Source: an uncultured Nitrosomonas sp.
GTDB taxonomy: Bacteria > Pseudomonadota > Gammaproteobacteria > Burkholderiales > Nitrosomonadaceae
Length of the DNA: 64,000 bases
Assembly (NCBI GenBank): GCA_902826055.1
Contig: CADEDJ010000006.1
Span: forward strand, 2,882 to 66,881
Direction: 5' to 3'
The first letter of the stretch is position 1. Every line of letters starts with the position of its first letter. The notes beneath the pieces were generated by a model. It did not search any database. It was given only the letters and a program-made list of their open reading frames with translations, and had not been told where the DNA came from. A program made the translations under genes and the position numbers. Below are positions 59,401-64,000 of the stretch, one piece after another.

Positions 59401-61805
59401 CCGCAAATCAGCAGGCGCATAAAGTCCAAACGGCACTGCGTGTCATGCAGATAATCCACTAATGCGCGCAGCACGGCCGGTACAAATTCAGCAACCGTGA
59501 TAGGCTCACTTTGCATCACTGCATACAGCCGATCCGGCTGTAACAGCGTTTCCCGCGGGCATATCACCAGTTTTCCCCCTGAGCACAACGCCCGTATCCA
59601 ATCGCCTGCAAACACATCAAAGGTATAACGCGCCATTTGAAGATGCACATCACTGACACCTAATTCATAAGCTTCTTGCCAGGCATAGTATTGGTTGATC
59701 AAATTGCCGTGTGTTACCCCCACACCTTTAGGAATACCTGTTGTACCCGAGGTATACAGCATGTACGCCAATTGTTGTGGATTCAACGCAATGTTTGCAG
59801 GAGTCTCGGTTGAATATTCGGCACTTATCTCTTGGTCCAGGTAAAGGGTGTGATAGCGTTCCGGTATCTTCCCGGTTAACGTCGATGAAGTCAGTACCCA
59901 CTCTACTCCTGCATCCTGCAAAATCAGTCGCAGCTTTCCTTCCGGTAACTCCGGTTCAATTGGTAAGTAAGCGCCTCCTGCCTTGAGAATACCGAGTATG
60001 CCCACTATCATTTCCAGCGAGCGTTCAATGCAGATGCCAACCAAAACTTCCGGCCCAATTCCCTGGCTGCGCAGAAAGTGCGCTAATCGATTGGCTTTTT
60101 GGTTGAGCGCTTCATAACTCAGTTGCTTGTCTTCAAAAACTAGCGCTACTGCATCAGGGTGCTTCGTGACTTGCTCTTCAAATAGTTGATGGATGCATTG
60201 CCCGACGGGATAGGCCACTTCATTACCGCTCCATTCAATTAACAGTTGATTGCGTTCCACTGTCGTCAACAGCGGCAATTCACTGATCAGTTGATTCGGA
60301 TCGATCGTAATGCTTTCCAGCAGTAGGCCAAAGTGCTCGGCAAATCTTTCGATGGTCGGGCGATCGAATAGGTCTGTATTGTAGCTATACTGAATCTCCA
60401 GGCCGCGCCCGCTTTCAGTGATCTCCAGATCTAAATCAAATTTCGAGGTACCAACTTCCATTACCTCGGGAATAATCTTTAATCCTTCGATTTCCAGCGT
60501 CGTTTCCGGTGTATTCTGTAACGCCAGCATGACCTGGAACAATGGGTTGTGACTCATGTCACGTACTGGCGATAATTCTTCAACCAGCTTCTCAAACGGT
60601 AGATCTTGGTGCGCTTGTGCACCCAGGCAAACTTCTTTGACTCGCTTGAGCAGTGCTATAAAAGTTGGGTTACCTGATAAATCCGTTCGCAATACCAGTG
60701 TATTGATAAAAAAACCAATCAATCCTTCGATTTCCAGCCGGTTACGATTGGCAATGGGTGTGCCTACACATAAATCATCTTGACCACTGTAGCGGGATAG
60801 CAAAATGTTAAACGCAGCCAGCAGCACCATGAATAACGTGGCGTCCTGCTGCCGCCCAAGTTGCTTTAATTGCTCGGTTACAGATAGTGGAATGGTGGTA
60901 TATAAGGTCGCACCCCGGTAGCTTTGTACCACCGGCCGGGGATAATCGGTCGGCAGCTCGAGAATTGCCGGCGCTCCGGCCAGGTGTTGTTTCCAATAAT
61001 TGACTTGCTGTTCCAGCCGTTCGCCTTGCAACCACTTGCGTTGCCAGATCGCATAATCGGCATATTGAACTGTCAGTTCCGGTAATGGTGAAGCACGTCC
61101 CGCCCGGTAGGCTTCATACAGCGCGATGAATTCCCGAATCAGGATCGCTGTCGACCAGCCATCGGAGACTATGTGGTGCAAGGTAAATAACAAAATGTGT
61201 TCGGCTTCTTCCGGGGGTGACGATTCTCGCAGAAAAAGCAAAGTCGCTCTAACCAACGGCCCTAGCAATAGATCAAAAGGTTGCTGGATATCTTCTTCCA
61301 AATACCGTCGAATTTCCGATTCACGCCGTCCGTCCGTTAAATCCCTTAAATCGACCCCCTTGATCTCCACATGCAATGACGATGCAATGACCTGCTCCGC
61401 CTTGCCATCCACTGCATTAAATGTCGTCCTCAATACTTCATGACGGCGGATAATCTCGTTTATACTCCTCTCCAAAACCTCTACATCCAACTCCCCTACC
61501 AGGCGTACCACACCCGGCATGTTATAAAACGTCCCGCCCGGCTCAAATTGATCCAAAAACCATAACCGCTCCTGCGAATAGGATAAGGGTAAGTTACTAT
61601 CACGCGGATAAGTCCGTAAAACATCATTCTCATCTGTATCAATTTGACGTAAGTACTCAATCAACTTCAATTTATGCGTTTGTAGACCGATTTTAAGTTC
61701 CGGAGTCATTGCATGCGGAGGAGCCTTTCCTCGAAGATCGCCATTCTCCAAGTATAAATAGATATTTCTTTGTTTTAACTCCGTTAAGAGATCAACTAAA
61801 TTCAT
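47469..61805 (-). CDS. Four-module NRPS with N-terminal docking domain and terminal reductase
   Basis: TubC_N-like dock; C (HHIVSDG)-A1-T(GGHS); dual E/C (HHLITRDGD, HHLALDH)-A2-T(GGDS); C (HHAILDG)-A3-T(GGHS); dual E/C (HHMMSRSGD, HHLILDH)-A4-T(GGHS); R domain (TGATGFLG, YSQSKW). Hand-read codes DVGEIGSIDK, DFWNIGMVHK, DVWHFSLVDK, DSALIAEVWK. Confidence 0.97.
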   Translation of the reverse strand: MNLVDLLTELKQRNIYLYLENGDLRGKAPPHAMTPELKIGLQTHKLKLIEYLRQIDTDENDVLRTYPRDSNLPLSYSQERLWFLDQFEPGGTFYNMPGVVRLVGELDVEVLERSINEIIRRHEVLRTTFNAVDGKAEQVIASSLHVEIKGVDLRDLTDGRRESEIRRYLEEDIQQPFDLLLGPLVRATLLFLRESSPPEEAEHILLFTLHHIVSDGWSTAILIREFIALYEAYRAGRASPLPELTVQYADYAIWQRKWLQGERLEQQVNYWKQHLAGAPAILELPTDYPRPVVQSYRGATLYTTIPLSVTEQLKQLGRQQDATLFMVLLAAFNILLSRYSGQDDLCVGTPIANRNRLEIEGLIGFFINTLVLRTDLSGNPTFIALLKRVKEVCLGAQAHQDLPFEKLVEELSPVRDMSHNPLFQVMLALQNTPETTLEIEGLKIIPEVMEVGTSKFDLDLEITESGRGLEIQYSYNTDLFDRPTIERFAEHFGLLLESITIDPNQLISELPLLTTVERNQLLIEWSGNEVAYPVGQCIHQLFEEQVTKHPDAVALVFEDKQLSYEALNQKANRLAHFLRSQGIGPEVLVGICIERSLEMIVGILGILKAGGAYLPIEPELPEGKLRLILQDAGVEWVLTSSTLTGKIPERYHTLYLDQEISAEYSTETPANIALNPQQLAYMLYTSGTTGIPKGVGVTHGNLINQYYAWQEAYELGVSDVHLQMARYTFDVFAGDWIRALCSGGKLVICPRETLLQPDRLYAVMQSEPITVAEFVPAVLRALVDYLHDTQCRLDFMRLLICGSDRWYMEEYKQFSKLCAQTTRLVNSYGLTETTIDSTYFESPPVKVLTQELVPIGQQFANTRSYVLDRWLNPVPIGVAGELYIGGAGVARGYFNRPELTAERFVPSPFSHQPGERLYKTGDVVRYLLDGNIEHLGRSDHQVKIRGLRIELGEIEAALLQHPDIRQAVVVAREERIPDAQRLVAYVVGNEAQLGITELHSYLKAYLVDYMIPSIIVLLDEMPLNANGKIDRKALPEPTIDGRMIDQYVAPRNEIEEKIAIIWAEVLGIDQIGIHDNFFQLGGHSLLAMTVIERMRRQGLHAEVRSLFICQTLQEFAAGLNKNRVVDIPDNLIPPCCERITPEMLPLITLKQSEVDSIIQHVPGGARNVQDIYPLTPFQEGILFHHLITRDGDPYVLSSLMAFEDRYQVDCFLSAVQAVINRHDILRTAILWEELSVPVQVVLREVVLPITEVTFDPILGDPAEQLRKKFDSEHFRIDIRQAPLMQGYLTWDEYKNRWILLILEHHLALDHVAMETVLKEVSIHLLNRSEQLPLPLPFRNFVAQTRFGIKSEEHEAFFTQLLGNVDEPTAPFGLLNIQGDGSEVVEAKVDLEANLNQRIRACAKLIGVSAASIFHLAWAQVLSLISAKETVVFGTVLFGRTQNVADADRMLGMFINTLPVRFDVNAITVTTGVRKMHQLLADLMRHEHASLSLAQRCSAVPPPAPLFSALLNYRHSTAAVNDVSETTASLWKSMGIEVLNEDERTNYPLTLSIDDYGTAFGLTMQVQSPIEPQRIMRYMQTALTGLVDALTANPQKAVCTINVLPESEQEQLLVEWNRIKTDCLQDQCIHELFEQQVRKNSNAIAVVFEDRQLTYSELNAHANQIAHSLRAKGICSEVLVGLFLPRSVEMIIGILGVLKAGGAYLPIDPSYPQERIAFMIDDAKPQVIVTQSEFMELLPDAPEKLSLDHNLAAETDYFDSNPISTAAANNLAYVIYTSGSTGRPKGVMVTHHNVRRLFAITEQEYHFNNEDVWTLFHSYAFDFSVWEIWGALLYGGRLIVVPDRIKHSPEAFHQLLQQQGVTVLNQTPTSFYQLDHVDKYALMQIPLALRLIIFGGEALELGKLQKWFERHGDIKPQLVNMYGITETTVHVTRAPLSQVDAENSGCSTIGHPISDLQAFILDQQHNPVPVGVAGELYIGGAGLARGYLNRADLTADRFIPHPFSSRDGQRLYRTGDLACYRDGGDIEYLGRIDQQVKIRGFRIELGEIENLLSQHPWVRESAVVARENAEGEKRLIAYIASDEAGELDTRIDSLRTYLQKCLPDYMVPAAFVFLDTLPLTANGKVNHKALPEPDICNQMANQYVAPRNPIEQILCQIWEKVLRLERIGIDDNFFTLGGDSIRGIQVVGLAKEQGITLPMDQLYRCGTIRSLGQNLTQDTLDSAPVTSLSPYALIPAEDKSNLPGDIEDAYPLTAMQAGMIFHSQQELGAYHVIDNIKLKCALDPGCLQAALEQIFSRHAILRTTFDLGGFSKPLQLVHRQGVISLITEDLRGLPPSQQEQILKTHIRKLNQDYFDVTKLPLIKFSVYYLEDSELQFSIAAHHAILDGWSLVSLLIEIFQQHFAVQHNKVIAVSPLPNAMRDLVIREQNALQSKSDQEFWSRWLDGATLSSFPHLIQVSNAVKPMAQNWPEVELRLTAELSQKLKQFAQSQSIPLKSVLLAVHLRILSLLYGETKITTGLVTSVRPEELGSDQVLGVFLNTLPLVIQLSGGTWGALIHQVFRMEQRMLKARYYPLANLQKLHGGNRIFDTTFNYLHYHNGKDYVNSDQVKIIEWNNPIQPNFALEVTFSLEVETDVIELTLQGDQARLDQAHLQRISEYYISALTEIAEEPVNRYDEKSLLSQSELQQLLIRWNQTTADYPDRQCIHDLIETQVDQTPDFTAVSYENQQLTYDQLNKKANQLAHYLKDRGVGPEVLVGLCVERSLEMIVSILAILKAGGAYLPIDPDYPAERIAFMVADACPTVILVHSATRDILPGNQKLVDMSAEANAIAQFGDENPTHRIHPHNLAYVIYTSGSTGKPKGSALAHQGVVNRLAWMQKQYALDYSDKVLQKTPFSFDVSVWEFFWPLMVGARLIMLAPGAHKDSDRLIEAINQAQITTLHFVPSMLAAFLESDQASSCQSLRQVFCSGEALPVAVQYKFLEIIPAKLHNLYGPTEASVDVTFWACKLKCGNASVPIGHPIDNIQIYLLDAGLHPVPVGVAGELYIGGIGLARGYLNRAALTAERFIPNPFAETGERLYRTGDLARYRDDGAIEYIGRTDYQVKIRGFRIELGEIETALLQYANIHNAAVIVREDTLGDKRLIAYVAAKNARNLECNDLKVYLKEHLPDYMIPSAFVVMDHLPISANGKLDRNALPAPDISAQFAHQFVAPRTQNEKIIASLWAEALGLEQVGINDNFFELGGHSLLSLSLIERIRRQGFDTDASALFSTRTLAEFVATLRKGRTVTVAVPGNAISEQCEKITPEMLPLVSLNQSEINNIVERIPGGIRNIQDIYSLTPFQEGILFHHMMSRSGDPYLLSSLLSFETHEKLDDFIDALQIAINRHDVLRTAIVWEELSTPVQVVLRQVALTVTEIELDPILGNITKQLHERFNPRTFKFELCKAPLLSAHVAYDPEQHCWLLLILVHHLILDHEAVEALLKEVQIHLMGRSSELKQAIPFRNYVARTRMGIKLEAHELFFRKMLEHVSEPTAPFGLMDVQGDGVDIAEATLDVDEKLAKKIYTTARSLSVSAASIFHLAWAQLLAQTTGNREVVFGTLLFGRMQGFDEGGQMLGVFINTLPIHFKVDAMRVQDSVRKMHKLLAELLDHEYVSLATAQRCSGVPAPTPLFSALLNYRHTPKAIQTIAKEDAWSGIKLLASEERSNYPISLSIDDFGDSFQMTTQVQSSIDPQRINSYLYNILERLLEAIDNSNTAMCTLSILPKKERQKQLIEWNNTKKDYPSEQCIHHLFEEQAAKNPHAVAAVFAAQQMTYGELNHKANQLAHFLIGEGVKPDMLVGIYIERSLEMIVAILGILKAGGAYLPIDPHYPEDRIHYMVNDAKLKVILTLSDSHQLIPDRVKVIDLLDKKHVISKQCEGDLRRSSVAQNLAYMIYTSGSTGKPKGVRISHRNVVHSTSARFCFYEKPVGCFLLLPSFAFDSSVAGIFWTLTQGGCLCLLHEEKLRDPLSLVKEVEEKQVTHLLTLPSFYQLILEQKREKLLSLRTVIVAGESCPSTLVNKHFEVLPAADLYNEYGPTEGTVWSTACRLELDNADDVVSIGYPIANAEVYLLDEFLNLVPWGVKGEIYIGGEGIAQGYLNHPDQTAERFIPNPFREDGSCLYKTGDLACYRIDGQLNFLGRVDNQVKIRGFRIELGEIEFRLMQLDEIREAVVLAKEFKPGDLRLFAYCVPQSIINKVYPNEENVRAKLQKLLPEYMIPSILIFLDAMPQTPNGKIDRNVLLSRSVSQFITNNYQPPKSFTEQALVEIWSELLGIDQIGVYDNFFELGGHSILTVKAILKINAQFNLNLPVNVIFMRPTIAQLAEIIEGRETFLLEQESSDVNLHAEAQLDLSIQPNGDLVSDYLLPREILLTGATGFLGAFLLVELLQQTTAHVHCLIRAESIGEAFDKLRKVLNGYGIDHSSLMNRISLVCGDLSKPSLGLSPWQFNKLADQIEAIYHNGAQVNFTQPYAALKAANVIGTQEVLRLACAGKTKPVHYVSTLSIFGTREPSYLGGFVEDDFPDSTVEMGDGYSQSKWVAEKLIRTAANRGLPITIHRPATVGGHSITGAWNTNDFLCRLIRGCIEIGKAPAIQDHFDIVPVDYVSKAIVYLSRQPQAMGKAFHFSNRCPIMSDDLIDWINTLGYRVERVPYADWLENVTQTVKESSEHPLYSLLPILQKKVIDDHVSGTVLKEYNTDYTEQVLAASGIDYPRTDWHLIDVYLSYLQRSGSIKQSSQDNFSH
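58545..59273. repeat. Copy 1 of a >=729-bp direct repeat (A-domain C-terminus plus T domain)
   Basis: No differences seen by eye versus 63272-64000; translated segments identical. Confidence 0.9.
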
Positions 61806-63085
61806 ACCGCATCTCCCGATTGTCTATTAGCTGCTACACTTGTCCGCTGCGTATTCACTTTTAGTTTATAAATCCGCCGCTTCTGTATCCAACGTATTAC
61901 TCCCGTAAAATAAATGATGGGGCACGCAAGACCGCAAAGAAAAATAAGAATACGCCCCATCCAGCCGAATGCATTGCCAGAGTGCAATGGCCATTGCCAA
62001 TCCAAAAATGTCTCTCCGGCGCTACGGCGTGTATCAGGTGCACGTACATCCAAAACTTCACCGCTATATTGATCGATTGCAATATGCCGCTCGCACCAAA
62101 AAGTGCTTAATCCGGGAATATTTTTTTGTGTAATTACATAAACCCCTGTATCGCTATCCGGTACGGAAATACTCTTCAATTCTCCATCTGGAAATTGATC
62201 TGCCGCAATAGTCCAAGCCTGATCGGCTCGGATTGGTTTCATTGCAGCAGATGAAATCGAAACAAGGTGATGCGGCGAATCGCGAGTAGCGGGAGAAAAT
62301 TGTTGCGTAACCCAAACAAAGGGGTCATTTAGATTCATGTACACGCCGGATAAAAGCAATGCACCCAATACCACACAGAAATAACAAGAGAAAGTTTTGT
62401 GTAAATCGAAATTTAATCGTATCGAGCCAGCATTCCATTTAATCGTCAATGCCTTACGCCATTGCCCTGTTTTCGGCCACCAAACAATTAACCCAGTCGT
62501 CAATGAAATCAACAAAAGTAAAGCAATGATGGCTACCAACACAATACCATTGCTTCCTAACAGCAAACTGAAATGAAGTTGAAAAATAAAATCAATCAGA
62601 TAATCGGGGAACCATTCATCTTCGCTGTAGCTTCTAACACCGGTTACCTTTGCTTGATAAGGATTAACAAAAATGCGTTGCCAATCTCCAGATTCCTGAT
62701 CAGCATAGATTGCAAATACACCTTCTTTATTGCGCGGCCCATAAATCATAGAAATGCTACTGTTTTGAGCAGCGACCTGGTCAGCCGCATGAATGATTTG
62801 ATCAATCGGATAAGGTATGGATTTACCGTCATCCGCAACATATCGGGGCACTGACACTGTCAACAGATCAGGATTCAACCATTCGTCAATTTCTTGGAAA
62901 AAAACCAAAATGCTGCCGGTTAAGCCGAGTATGACTAAAAATGCACCAATCCACAGCCCCAGATAAAAATGAATATCGAGCCATAACTGACGCCAAACCT
63001 GCTTACGCTTATTGTCAACGGTGGAATAATTTTTCATGCAATTGATTGGTAATACATGCTTTTTTAAAAGCTCTGATTGAATCAA
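61802..63085 (-). CDS. PepSY-associated TM helix protein (FoxB/PiuB-like metallophore reductase)
   Basis: IHFYLGL, LTGSILVF, VNPY, QLHFSL, FDLHK, IDQYSG, PLHSG; stop overlaps NRPS start (ATGA). Confidence 0.9.
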   Translation of the reverse strand: MIQSELLKKHVLPINCMKNYSTVDNKRKQVWRQLWLDIHFYLGLWIGAFLVILGLTGSILVFFQEIDEWLNPDLLTVSVPRYVADDGKSIPYPIDQIIHAADQVAAQNSSISMIYGPRNKEGVFAIYADQESGDWQRIFVNPYQAKVTGVRSYSEDEWFPDYLIDFIFQLHFSLLLGSNGIVLVAIIALLLLISLTTGLIVWWPKTGQWRKALTIKWNAGSIRLNFDLHKTFSCYFCVVLGALLLSGVYMNLNDPFVWVTQQFSPATRDSPHHLVSISSAAMKPIRADQAWTIAADQFPDGELKSISVPDSDTGVYVITQKNIPGLSTFWCERHIAIDQYSGEVLDVRAPDTRRSAGETFLDWQWPLHSGNAFGWMGRILIFLCGLACPIIYFTGVIRWIQKRRIYKLKVNTQRTSVAANRQSGDAV

Positions 63086-63100
63086 ACTTATCGATAAAGC

Positions 63101-64000
63101 TCATATGGCAATATCTTCATACTCCAGATCATGATCATAAATGCTATTCATTTCTTTCCACTGAAGAGCTCCAATTGCTTCTGCTAACGATGCAATGGTG
63201 GCTGATTCAAAAACTTCACGAAGCGGTAGCTTGATTCCAAATTGCTTGTAAAGCCGGGATATGATCTGAACCGCCAATAAGGAATGACCGCCGAGCTGGA
63301 AGAAGTTGTCGTGGATGCCGATTTGATCTATTCCCAGGACTTCTGCCCAAATGATTGCAATCTTTTCTTCGATCTCATTGCGCGGTGCCACATACTGATC
63401 AATCATGCGGCCATCAATAGTCGGCTCCGGTAACGCCTTGCGGTCGATCTTGCCATTAGCGTTCAATGGCATCTCATCCAATAGAACAATGATTGATGGA
63501 ATCATGTAATCAACCAGGTATGCTTTAAGATAGCTGTGCAGTTCTGTAATTCCTAATTGCGCTTCATTACCCACCACATAAGCCACCAAACGTTGCGCGT
63601 CCGGTATCCTTTCTTCCCGCGCAACCACCACTGCTTGTCTGATATCGGGATGCTGTAACAGCGCGGCTTCTATCTCTCCTAACTCAATACGCAATCCCCG
63701 GATCTTCACCTGATGATCGCTGCGGCCTAAGTGTTCAATGTTTCCATCTAATAGATAGCGCACCACGTCACCCGTCTTGTATAGACGCTCTCCCGGCTGG
63801 TGACTGAATGGGCTAGGAACAAAACGCTCTGCAGTTAATTCCGGCCGATTAAAGTATCCCCTCGCCACCCCTGCTCCACCAATATAAAGCTCACCAGCAA
63901 CGCCGATCGGAACGGGATTTAGCCACCGATCCAAAACATAGGAACGGGTGTTGGCGAATTGTTGCCCGATCGGAACCAGTTCTTGAGTCAACACTTTTAC
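63101..64000 (-). CDS. 3' end of an upstream NRPS (A C-terminus, T domain, acidic docking tail), truncated by window edge
   Basis: Frame open to 64000; A8-A10 motifs, FFQLGGHSLL, C-terminal DHDLEYEDIAI. Confidence 0.9.
   Translation of the reverse strand, partial: VKVLTQELVPIGQQFANTRSYVLDRWLNPVPIGVAGELYIGGAGVARGYFNRPELTAERFVPSPFSHQPGERLYKTGDVVRYLLDGNIEHLGRSDHQVKIRGLRIELGEIEAALLQHPDIRQAVVVAREERIPDAQRLVAYVVGNEAQLGITELHSYLKAYLVDYMIPSIIVLLDEMPLNANGKIDRKALPEPTIDGRMIDQYVAPRNEIEEKIAIIWAEVLGIDQIGIHDNFFQLGGHSLLAVQIISRLYKQFGIKLPLREVFESATIASLAEAIGALQWKEMNSIYDHDLEYEDIAI
63272..64000. repeat. Copy 2 of the direct repeat (extends past window edge)
   Basis: Offset 4727 bp from copy 1. Confidence 0.9.

Noticed and set aside
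47691-61443. Many 60-150 aa ORFs antisense or out-of-frame within the NRPS
   Set aside because: Shadow ORFs with no motifs or RBS, fully overlapping a well-supported gene
63101-63994. ORF-track 297-aa 'standalone' A-T protein starting at TTG 63994
   Set aside because: The frame is open to the window edge and begins mid A-domain; it is the truncated end of a longer NRPS

Overview
Bacterial chromosomal window of moderate GC. The gene repertoire (FG-GAP/RTX surface proteins, a PEP-CTERM-like protein, and the fmdB-aspS-nudB context) suggests a betaproteobacterium, most likely Nitrosomonas-like; this is inference, not a database result. The left 36 kb mixes housekeeping and accessory genes: a glycerophosphodiesterase under an apparent Pho box, two c-di-GMP enzymes, Lon, MsrB, an RNA m5U methyltransferase, an RTX protein, a LysM-FecR/CHASE2 pair, a zeta(Cd)-type carbonic anhydrase-like protein, nudB/aspS, a frameshifted pseudogene and a tripartite RND pump. 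The right 26 kb (about 38.5-64 kb) looks like one metal-acquisition island. It holds a 4778-aa four-module NRPS (docking-C-A[Orn]-T, dual E/C-A[Thr]-T, modAA-like C-A[Ser]-T, dual E/C-A[unknown]-T, terminal reductase). It also holds the 3' end of an upstream NRPS whose last 729 bp in the window are identical to module 1, a PepSY membrane reductase, a PvdE-type exporter, an Sfp PPTase and a sulfotransferase. Copper-handling-type accessory genes sit alongside: two divergent YcnI-like proteins, a third secreted protein with predicted mature N-terminal His, a TlpA-like redoxin and a BNR-repeat protein, with RegA/RegR-like and Fur-like boxes. The best candidate for an undescribed system is this NRPS metallophore locus, possibly for copper. 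No rRNA, tRNA, CRISPR array or transposase was found.
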